From: Phoronis australis | Lineage: Eukaryota > Animalia > Phoronida | Assembly: GCA_002633005.1 (NCBI GenBank) | Contig: NMRA01000472.1 | Coordinates: forward strand, 280,512 to 344,398 | DNA: 63,887 nt | Reading direction: 5' to 3' | Shown: in pieces, positions 48,601-60,600 of the stretch | Numbering within the stretch: the first letter of the stretch is position 1 | How the letters are laid out: each line of letters opens with the position of its first letter | The notes under the pieces: model-generated | What the model was told of the DNA's origin: nothing | What the model saw: the letters and a program-made list of their open reading frames with translations, nothing else | Database searches by the model: none | Program-made: the position numbers and the translations under genes

Positions 48601-51600
48601 AAATACAAGATTGTGAATCAAAGACTTAAAGTCCCTATAAAATGCGCCAACTGCCTTTTAGATATGTTAAGTACATGTACTTTTGTGCAACATATCTTTG
48701 TTTCGTTTTATTCCACACAACCACTAACTAATTACTACGCATTTTGTGCCCCCCATATTATGTGCCCCCATCAGAAACCCCTTTTATTCTCTCGACGAAT
48801 CACAGTAGACTGGCCTATTGACATCATCGTTGAGAACGAGCAACACATTACCGCGCTAACCACAACCTGTAGTGAGCACCTGATCGGCTGCTGGGACAGT
48901 AAAAAACAAAGTAGTTTTGCTCAAGGAACGTCACCAATTAGAAACATCGCCGACGTTNNNNNNNNNNNNNNNNNNNNNNNNNNNNNNNNNNNNNNNNNNN
49001 NNNNNNNNNNNNNNNNNNNNNNNNNNNNNNNNNNNNNNNNNNNNNNNNNNNNNNNNNNNNNNNNNNNNNNNNNNNNNNNNNNNNNNNNNNNNNNNNNNNN
49101 NNNNNNNNNNNNNNNNNNNNNNNNNNNNNNNNNNNNNNNNNNNNNNNNNNNNNNNNNNNNNNNNNNNNNNNNNNNNNNNNNNNNNNNNNNNNNNNNNNNN
49201 NNNNNNNNNNNNNNNNNNNNNNNNNNNNNNNNNNNNNNNNNNNNNNNNNNNNNNNNNNNNNNNNNNNNNNNNNNNNNNNNNNNNNNNNNNNNNNNNNNNN
49301 NNNNNNNNNNNNNNNNNNNNNNNNNNNNNNNNNNNNNNNNNNNNNNNNNNNNNNNNNNNNNNNNNNNNNNNNNNNNNNNNNNNNNNNNNNNNNNNNNNNN
49401 NNNNNNNNNNNNNNNNNNNNNNNNNNNNNNNNNNNNNNNNNNNNNNNNNNNNNNNNNNNNNNNNNNNNNNNNNNNNNNNNNNNNNNNNNNNNNNNNNNNN
49501 NNNNNNNNNNNNNNNNNNNNNNNNNNNNNNNNNNNNNNNNNNNNNNNNNNNNNNNNNNNNNNNNNNNNNNNNNNNNNNNNNNNNNNNNNNNNNNNNNNNN
49601 NNNNNNNNNNNNNNNNTGAGTTGTAGGATATTATATGCACGTGGAAGTGTCGAGATAAGTGTCGTATAGTATTTGAGCTTGGTTGTCTCTAACAGTTGTA
49701 ATTTTGAAAATCTGTGACTTGAAATATGCACCAGACACCGTAAGGTAAGCTTCCTGTGGCAACGGACTGTTCGATAGGTACTGGGTATCAACGATGACGT
49801 CATTTGCGTCGATTAGAACGAGCGCCACCTAAAGTTTTTTTTCGGCGCTAAATGGGGTTCATGATAGTAATTGGCGTAATTAGCTAATGCAAGGAGTAAA
49901 GGGAGGGATGATATGTTTGTTTCGATCAATGATACAGATATTTAACATGTTCAAAAGTCGTTTGGCCATTATGTAGGGTCTTTAATGCATTATGCATGTT
50001 TCGGGAAGTGAACATAAGTGATTTCACAACATAATTATCATAACCTAGCGGACCAGAAGTCTTGACTGTACAAATAAAGTGTTCAGAGGTGTAACTGAAC
50101 ATGAGAGGTAAAAATTTGCAAGCCTGACAATAAGTCACAACTGGACATTGCCGCGAATGAGTTCGGATCAAGAGTACCAGCACGTACTTACCCAGTCATG
50201 AGGTCCAGCATCTCCATTCGTCTAACTGGCAGCTCGGCGATGGTCTCCACTATGTTGACGGCCGTCTTACGCGCGTTGCTTGAGGGCGAGAAGAAGGCGC
50301 GCCGTAACCACTGGCTGCTGGCCGGGGTCAAAGGTAAAGAGGGTTCTGGAGGGGATAGAGCAATGATTAGCAACTGTTGGATGTATGACATGGACAGAAG
50401 AACAGTGATTAAGACCAGAGAGATTTTATACTCCAATGTGAACAGCAAAGTTCACACAGATAAGCACAAGCAGAATTCAGTCATGGGCATCCATCAAGAT
50501 AGGGATTGACCAGAAAGTTAACACGCAGTTACGATTTTGCTGGAATGATCAGTACCGATTGGTCATTAGACATCATTTCAACTGCAAGCTGAACACGACA
50601 GGCAAAACGGCACTTTGATTACTATTATTGATTACTTTTGACAAAATCTGTTCTCTTTAACTTATTTGAATCAAAATATACCAACCACCACTTGGCCTTC
50701 CTCTTCTGACAATATTGTTTGCATTCAGTAATTTGTTCAACATGTAAAAGGTGTCCCATTTTTCTTTGTATGTCCTTCTACTGACCTTTTGACCCCCGAA
50801 ACCAAAAAATAATTTAGACTGTAGTTACACTCCATGAAGCAATGCTACAATGAAGGCTGTATTCTTTTGTACCCATCATCCCTAAGTCACTACTCTGGGA
50901 CATGCACACCATCACTGTCCCACTACAATGGGACACGCACACCATCACTGTCCCACTACACTGGGACACTCACACCATCACTGTCCCACTACACTGGGAC
51001 ACTCACACCATCACCGTTCTACTACACTGGGACACGCACACCATCACTGTCCTACTACGCTGGGACATGCACACCATCACTGTCCTACTATGCTGGGACA
51101 CACACACACCTCCTAATTGCTTCCTCTTCACATAGTCCATCCATCGTCGGCCATATTTTTCCATCAAGTAGCGGGCATGAACGTCTTCTTTCGACTCCTT
51201 CTTCTTTTTCGGAGCAGTGACATCTGTTGGACGTAAAAAGACACACACCATGAGCTCATATGGACCCCTTGCAGAAGTTTCGTCTATTCACAATCATTAC
51301 AATTGGTAAACTTGTGCAGTTTACAGGCTTACTTAGATAGCATGATTAATAAGAAGAATCACTATCCAAGGATAAAAGTTAAGACATTTTCATCTCCTGT
51401 AATACTTGAATGAATTTGCTGAAATTTGGCAGATAAATGTGCAATTCAGAATAAAACAAATACCAGTTTATTTATATGCACCATTCCAAAGACAAATAAT
51501 ACTCTCTAGTGTCTGGCAATATGAATGTTAATACTGCAGAGAGAGTTCAATCATGTGTTCACCAAACACATTTTCCATATTGAAGTAAAAAACAGCACAA

Positions 51601-54600
51601 TTAAGAATTATGATATCTGACAAAGAGTACGGCCACCAGATGACCCTTCATGTCTCAGACAGTGAACAAACCATGGCATTGTTATGTAACATCAAGCACC
51701 AAAAGCAATGACAAGCAACCGTTTCTGTTGCAGGGCTTGGAATGACCAATGACAAAAAACGCGGAAACTTTTACGGCCCAAATCATGCCCGATAACCAGC
51801 CTTGAAATGGTCAATGTGAACCTTTCCCCGACAAAAATCGGACTAAAAAAAAAAAAAAAAACGTTACCACCATCAGTAGCATGCGTCTGCGTCTTTTCAG
51901 CTCGCCCGTCCACTCCCAACCCACACATTTTTGGCTGCAGAGCGGTAGTATTTGTCGCCGCACTTAACAATAACACGAGACGCCATTGAAAATCCCATCA
52001 CGCTGTCCCAGATGCCCCGGCAATGTTGACAATTTACNNNNNNNNNNNNNNNNNNNNNNNNNNNNNNNNNNNNNNNNNNNNNNNNNNNNNNNNNNNNNNN
52101 NNNNNNNNNNNNNNNNNNNNNNNNNNNNNNNNNNNNNNNNNNNNNNNNNNNNNNNNNNNNNNNNNNNNNNNNNNNNNNNNNNNNNNNNNNNNNNNNNNNN
52201 NNNNNNNNNNNNNNNNNNNNNNNNNNNNNNNNNNNNNNNNNNNNNNNNNNNNNNNNNNNNNNNCTGTTGTCAGACACGAGATGGTCTCGCCACCTAGTGA
52301 CTAGGTTAGAAGTAGGCATGTGATATGCGATCTGCATCTCACCTGGTCTCTGCCCATGCATTCTCTTCCAAACGTTGTACGTATACATGGGGTCGCCTGT
52401 GATCCAGCGGTCGGCAAAGCCTCGTAGATCAGGACCCCCGGGGTTGACGGTACACATCTCACCAATCTTCTTGTCCTGTATAATGAGTACCAGTAAGGGT
52501 TGAAGGTGAAGAAGAAATAGATCAACTGCAACCGACACATAAAATTTCTCTATTTGATGCCGAAGATTACCACACCTGTTGTGATTATTAACTATTTAAT
52601 GACCTCTTCAAGTTAATGTTCAAACACCATTGCTCAGTTGAACAAATACAAATAAAGACCTTACAATTGCGACTGAATATTTTGGACATCAATTGAGAAT
52701 ATTTAGTGACCTACATTCAGTGACCTACATACAGTGACCTACATTCAGTGAGGGACATTTAGTGACCTTACATTTCAGACTTTTATGGATCTCACCACAT
52801 TCATCCTATTACATACACAATCACATACACAAAAGCCTGCTTGCCAAAATAAGCAAGTGGGATTTGTGCCACAGAAACATTTTGCCAAATTAAGAATATG
52901 TCCTGGGTCTTGGTGACAAAATATTCAGCTACATGTTAACTACACAGTCACCTTGTGTTTCTTGGTAGTTGGAGGTTCTGGCTTGACCAACAGTTGGAGG
53001 ATGCGTAGGCATGGCAACGTCACGTTGTCTGTGACTACCGGCGACTTGGTGTCCAGGCTGGATAGGAAGAGCTGCATGACTGCAAACAGAAAGATCGAGA
53101 TGATAATGGGGAACAGAATCATTCACCTGGTGGTGAAGTGTGACACTTAACACATACAGATTGCAGCAGGGGAACAGAATCCTTCACTTGGTGGTAAAGT
53201 GTGACACTAGACACACAGCGGTTGTGACAGGGGACAAAATCATTCATCCTGATGTGAAGTTTGACACTAAGCACATAGAGATTGTAGTGGGGAACAGAAT
53301 CATTCACCTGGTGGTGAAGTGTGACATTAGACACATAGGGATGGTAACAGGGAACAGAATCATTCCTTCGGTGATGTATAATGCTAAACAGATAGACATC
53401 TTCACCAGACTGCCCGAGGATGAAAAAATTTTAATTTGTTTGTGGAATCCAAGTCAATCGGTTTGGAGGAGAAAAATGAATAAATCAAGGTGAAGCCCCT
53501 CTGGTTTATGAACTGACAAAAACAAATCATGTGAATTTTAAGCACACCGAAGCCAAGCTGAAAGCTAATCTCAATAGCATGACCTATCAATTACACAAAT
53601 AAAATTACACTCTCACAAACAGGAGAATGAACCCAATAAAAATACCCATGAGTACTATTAACTAATTGTGTTCAGGCTAAACACCTGCGACAGTGAGTAA
53701 CTGAGACAGGCGCATACAAACCAGCAGTCAGTCACGTCAACACGGAAAAAGTATGTATGGGGAACTCAGTGAGACAGGCGCACACAAACCAGCAGTCAGT
53801 CACGTCAACACGGACAAAGTATGTACGGGGAACTCAGTGAGACAGGCGCACACAAACCATCGGTCAATCATTTCACCATAGACAGACACAGCATATGAGA
53901 AACTGAGTGAGACAAGCACACACAAACCAGAAGAGTCGCTCCTTCAACATGGTAAGTACACATAGTATAAAGATGTTTGTTATTTTCACATCACAGGCTT
54001 CTCATCATAGCATATAACAGGAAATAACTTATTGTGAGATTATGCTTATTAGCAGTATCCAGTTATAGCCTTCACAAGCTGTGTTTGTGTGGAACCAGTC
54101 ACGGCAGAAATACAAAATGGAATTGAGTCTCAGTACTGATTATTTATCACCAGTGACCGAGGTTTAAAGGTATGGTGATTAGAAATATTGTATTTGTGGT
54201 GACTTGCGACAAAAGTGATAACAAACAAGGGTTGACTGGGCAAGACAGCGCTTGTGAAATTCACACTCAGTCAGCACTACCAGCCATACTCAGCAGGGTA
54301 TATCTTGCTGTACATTGCATCGCCAGCCACACTCAGCAGGTCACATTTCCTGTTTTCAGCACAGCCAGCCACAATCAGCAGGTCACACTTTGCTGAAGCT
54401 AGAACTGCCACCCACTGTACAACAAGTTTTTGTTGACATTAAAATGACAAAGAACTAAGTAAACATTGATATAGCTTTGTGCTATGGATGGCAGCAGGGA
54501 GACACATGTCCACCACTTGCACTGCATTCTGGGAATGACAGTACAATCAGAGCAGCACTGTGGTATTTTGGGATGTGCCTATTGTTTTGCCTTAGGGTTC

Positions 54601-57600
54601 CCTGCATGAAAATGAGAGTTTACTTCTGAATAATGTTGTCAATGTTCTGGAACTAGGCAGCTCAAAATTGAAACTTGAAACATTTAAACTTTACTGCAAA
54701 TTTTTTTGCTCTTACATATATTGAGCCTATTAGTCCAATTATGGCAAATTTCACTGCACCAAGTATTAGAAACTAATTTAGCTAACAGAAATTCTGAAAA
54801 CTAACAGCCTACTTTGTGCTTTTCCTTCTGATTATTTAGCAACAAATAAAGAAAACTTTATCAATAGAAATTTTATCTTATCTACATAATGTAGATGTCA
54901 AGTAAACAATGTATTTAAGTTGTCTTAATTTTTTTGGAGAGATATCAAACAAAATAACATTTCACCTGTCTGCCACACTGTATGCTAAAGAGGTGAAGCG
55001 TTACCATAGCAACCATTACTAGGCAATGAAATTGAGGAAATGAATTTAAGTACTTTGTATCAGCTCAGTATGACAAACAAGTTGTTGTCGCAAGCGAAGA
55101 ACATTTAATAAGATAATGGCTGACAACTAGTGCAGCAGTAATGTCATCTTAGCCGTTGTGACATTTACTTCCATATAACTTGTTCATCATTAGCTGCAGG
55201 GGTCTCCTCTTTGACTCTTGTGTTATAAACACTATTTATTTACATATTATACACGGGGAAACATGCCTCAGATGTTTGATTCATCCACAAGTAACACAGA
55301 TTTCCACCACGAAAGCGCCATTTAGTGGTTTTCCCATGCCTGTTGCAAGTCATGTGTCTCACAGCCACAGACAGTTCAGTATGAACATAATTATATTTCC
55401 CCAGCAACACAACCAGACATGCGGTAGTCCAACTTTCCATGTTCGGAACTGTAAAAGGCGTCGGAACCCAAAAGGTGTGAAGGCCAATGAACCCTTGCCA
55501 CACAGTGGGAAGTCAAATATTAAAGTCTTTCCGAACAATGTGTTCACTGATGACAGCTTTACAGTGAAAGTACATATTACCTAGACAACTACAGCCACTG
55601 CACAACACTATTATCTCATGTACATGCTCATTGAGAAATTTAGTAAATGTATCCTAATAATTCTGTAATCATAATGAGTGACAAATTAGTGAACAATTAA
55701 CCAATAAAATTACATTATAGTTCCAAACAACAATCCATGAGGGTTGATAGTAACCACCAGAGCACTTAATCAACTGATATGTTCAAACTGTATTGACCAA
55801 AACTATCTGGCTCCCAACACCACGGCTGCTCCTTCCAACTGGGAGTTGCTGATAAATTTATACAAAGATCAGCATTTTAGCCCACTACCCCCTGATGAAA
55901 GCGTGAACAAACCAGAAATCATGACTCTTCTATTTCTAGACAGTTTCTAGCCATCATTTATTTAGAAGAATAAACGACCAAACAACTGACCACAGCGCAC
56001 TCTCTGTTCCCAGCACGTGTCTTCCTTCTGTACAGCGTTGACTAGCAGCAACATCTCGTGCCGTACACTGGCGCCCAGGTCTGGGATGCTCACATGGTTG
56101 TTGATGGCATCAGTGACACGTGAGCCAATCAGGCGACAGATCTTCTCCGTGCCCTTAGCGTTATCTCTGGTCAGTAGACAGATCAGTTGACGCACATCTG
56201 CGCGCACGTTTGCTGGCCCGTAGCGCAGGTTTCGCGTGAAAAGCTCGTCCAGCAGGCCGTGTGTACACAGCACCTGCCTAAAGGGGGCGTTGGTAGCCAG
56301 TGCGCGCAGCAGCGTGACGCAGTGTTCCACTGCAGAGCTGCAGCAATCGTAACAGTGTTTATGTGAGCTGTAAACAACAAAATAGAGGCTTAATGGGTGG
56401 AGCGAAGTTGAGTTCACAGTAAAGTGTACGCGTCACAAATTTTATGGGAGTGACCACAGTAGCTAAGGACCAAATAGGTATCCTCCTTATCTTCAGCAAA
56501 GTAAAAATTGACCAGGACACCGAAAGCATTGTCCAATGAAAACTGACCAACTACAGAAGAAGAGTTGTATGAGTGACTAACACCAAAATAAACAAACCGT
56601 TAAGATGATGTAGTTCAAGCATTAAGACGATGCATTAAGTCAATTTTGTACTAAGAGCGGAGGCGGGCACTTTTCATGCATCGAAGATGGGGAGTTAAAG
56701 TAAATAACTCTAGGCAAGAAACAAGCAATTTTCTCATTTGAGCAGGAACGAGAATGGGAGAGAGGGATGGAGGAAAGGAACGAGGGAGGGAGGGCTGGAG
56801 GGGTGAGGGAGGGAGGGGTGAGGGAAGGAGGCAGGGGCTAGGGAATGAGGGAGGGGCAACGGGAGGAGGCGAAGGAAGGGTCGAATGAGACAGGAATGGA
56901 GAAATGAAGAGGAGGAAGAGAGAAAAAGAGAGAGGGAGGAAGACAGGGTGGGGTGACGGAGGCAAGATGAATACAAAATGGAGTGGAGTTCTCCGAGCAA
57001 CACTCAACAGATACATTACAAGACTTGCATTGCTCACCTATCACGTTTGCTTGCCTCAGCCACTGACAGTGAGCGCACCGACATGAGGTTGAACAGTGAG
57101 TTACTGCTCATACGAGGGCTGACATCTGGGGTTGCCAATGGGGTCATTGTAGCCATCGAGGCCAGCGCCGCCTCCTTGGCCTTACGGTCATATTCGACCA
57201 GTTCACGTCGGCTGGCCAGCACACGCTATGAGTAGAAGGAGTAATACACAACTAAGAAAGAATCATCAAATAGTCCACCACACGACACACGTAGGGGGAA
57301 TTCAATGGATAAGTTAAGAATAAATCAATTTCGTCGGACTATTCCTGTAAAAATCAAGTTAACCGGACTATATCCATTGCCAACCAGTACAAATCAAGTT
57401 AACCCGACTATACCCATCACCCACCTGTATGACCTTGCTCAGTTCATCAAAGGTTGACTTGCAGTCTCCGCTATATCTCAGCGCCATCTGTTGGATAGCA
57501 CGGTTGACGTTGCTTGTACCACTAGGCGTGGGGCCAGTCAAGTCATCCTGTTCAAGACATGATTTGTACGTTGAACATTAGGGGCTACACAGCTACTCAA

Positions 57601-60600
57601 GTATTGGACAAGAGTACATTGATCATAAAAAGTGTCAGTAAAATGATGAAAACAAAAGTACAAAGTTGTCACAAGGAAATTTAATACATTTTATATGACG
57701 GTGCAATGGTTTAAATTGGCTTTGTAGCTGGTGCTCGGCTTTGACAGAAAATTAAGTGTGTCCCTTTTGAAAGTTTGTCCAGTGCCATGAACATATGACA
57801 GAGTAACACCAAGACACAATGACTTCTTGTTATTTAATTCTCACATAGGCCATAGTACATTCAACTCCAGGAAGCCTAGAAAATCACTTCTGTGGCTACT
57901 TTTTGGGGGCAAGATAATTTTGGCATTTTTAAGGTCATTAAGTATAATACTTGCAGAATCTAAAAAGTTCCAAAGGTTTGACTAGCACATTTTCGAGAAA
58001 TTTGACCTAAAAAATCTGACTTTTCGCAAAATTTGGCACAGAAAACCAATCTTAAAAAACAAAAACACTAGACCCAAACTAAATGATAATTTGATTGGGT
58101 TTTGTTTATTTGAAGTTACTGGACAACAAATATTATGACATTAGGTAGAAAATTTCTCAAAAAAGATAAATAGAAATTTTTAGCAGCGTCTCCTGGTGGC
58201 CAGAAAACAAAATTCTGAGCTATCAGAAGAACAATAACTCCTCTTTACCATATGGAACTTGATAAAGATTTGATATCACAACCTATAAAGTAATGAAAAA
58301 CATACATTTCCAACGTTTCTGCAATGAATTCACTGCCATCACTTTCATTAGTTGTCATAATTATCATTACCCACAATGCTGTTCAATGTCAACTGTCACA
58401 GGGAACAATACACCATTCAGTCCCGTGTTCACAATCTCGACAGTCACACAACTTGGAACATGGCATGCCCGACTTCAAACAAGAGCACACTTTTGTACTA
58501 CAACCACTTTTTTTACATCAGCAATTAACATTTTTCACGACACTTTCTGGGGCTAAAGGCAGAGTCATCCAATGGAAATTCAGACAACCCTACTCCAAAA
58601 GTCACCAGTTACCAAGTGGGGATGGTGCACTGACATGCTGTTGCAAGGCTCATTTGTGAAAGGCAAACTGGTAGTTTGTTCTTTTAACATGTGACAGCAA
58701 ACAATCACGATTAGGAGGCAGAGATGATTCCATCACAGATTTCAACCTGAATATGTGATAGCGTGCTTTGTTAACTGTTGATGATGCGTCAGCGTACAGC
58801 TTGCATACAAACTGTTCGATGTCTTCCAAGAGTTGACCAGGAAATGCAAAATAATGTTGAGCCCAACTTTATGACAAAGTTTAATAAATATCTCTGGAAG
58901 CCTGCACCATACCCGGAATAAAATGAATAGCATTTCATCTAAACACTTCAGCCTTGTTAGAGCAATCCTTTTTATTAACAAAACAGATAACCAAAAATTT
59001 TAATGCTCTTCACTCAGCACAGTATGGCCAACAAATGAAATTTTAATTTGTCAAGTGCTCAGCAAAAGCAAGCATTAAGAGAAATGAGCAACATTACTAA
59101 CATTGATTGCACTGTACAGTTGCCAATTTAAGACACAGAAAACTTTTTATCATCCTTAATACCGTAGTTCAGCCTTAAAAATAGAGGAATGGTCATTTTG
59201 GCAACAGAACAGTTTTTGTGTGAAATTGAAAAGCGTCTTATTTACCGTAGAGCTAAAATTTCTTTTTGACGCTTTCCGTTTTAGATAGCACATAATTGGA
59301 AGAGTAAAAATTTTCCTACACTGAAAATTCTCCAATAAATTCAAGAATCTCCAAAATGTGAGACACTGAAATCTGAGTAACATTTGAATTTTCAAGATAA
59401 TGAATTACAGAACATGGGAAATCTTTGCATTTTTATATTTCTCAAATTCCAAACACAGCTTATGTTTTTACATAAAAGGGCCAGAAAATAGGCTTGGAAG
59501 TTCATAAAGAGCAGTGCTGATCACTCACACGTAGGTAAATACTACTGCCAGTACCTTTGAGATTGGGACAGCTAATACTGTAAATTTATCCAGCAAACTA
59601 ATTCTTTTTCTGTCCTGAACCAAAGATTTTTACCATAAATGATGGTTTTCCGAATTGAGAGTAGGTAAGCCAATTTACAAGTGAATGTTTGGAGATGGGA
59701 TAACTTTTCAAGTTTTCTTTTGTTTGTGAACTTCTCTGTGATGGACTTTGATTAGTGGCAAATGACACACTGTGGTGACAACACAGATACATTTCTTTGA
59801 GCACTGTTAAATGGAACTGACAGTGACAATCTCCTTCATTTTGTAGTTGGTTCAACATCGTTTCCTTCATAAGCTTAGTTTTTTTTTCTTTTTTAAGAAC
59901 TGTTTCGATTTTTGATACATCCTTTAAGTGTCTGTAATACTGATTGTCATAGAACAGCTCTGTTGTTTTCACAAAAACTCGAAAACTTCTCAGCAATAAT
60001 ACATTTCTTGCACTCAATGCTGATCCATTTGTTTCCAGTAGCCTTATAGACAACGTAAAATCTGAAAATTCCAGGAGTTCAGAATTTTGAGCAGAATCTG
60101 AGACATGAACGCAAAAAGGAGCAGACATCTTGGAAGTCTCTTGTGAAGTCGCACACTCATTCAATAATTCATGGTTTCAGCAGAGCCCTAGCTGGCCCAA
60201 AACTGTTGTTTGCGGAAGCACAAAATGATTCAGGACATGCCAAGAATTGTATGTATGTCAGTATGATGACACTTGCAACTTGACTTGGCTTTCCTCAATT
60301 CCAATCTACTGCCTGCTGATTTATGAGCCTTGACCCTTGGTAATTGCCAATTACTAGCACACCCACCCAAGAATTAACACTTTTCGATGTAGACAGAAGC
60401 TGTGAACAAGTTCGCCAAGCAAACAGGATAACATCAGTTGAATGTCCTGCAATGAATGCTTTCATGAAGCAGAAAACTTGGGAATGGGAAAGAAATGGAC
60501 ACATTTCCCTGGCATTTGATTGGCTGTTCTGATCATTTTGCACTGACACCTGGTGGCTGACATATTAGTTTAGGCTAAATTTTCCAACTTTTAAAATAAA

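Noticed and set aside
48613-49803. Long ORFs in the ORF track
   Set aside because: Artefacts of the N gap.
50834-51220. His/Thr-rich repeat ORFs
   Set aside because: By-products of a 33-bp tandem repeat that is open in several frames.
56651-57044. Pro/Ser-rich ORFs
   Set aside because: Translation of a low-complexity polypurine tract.
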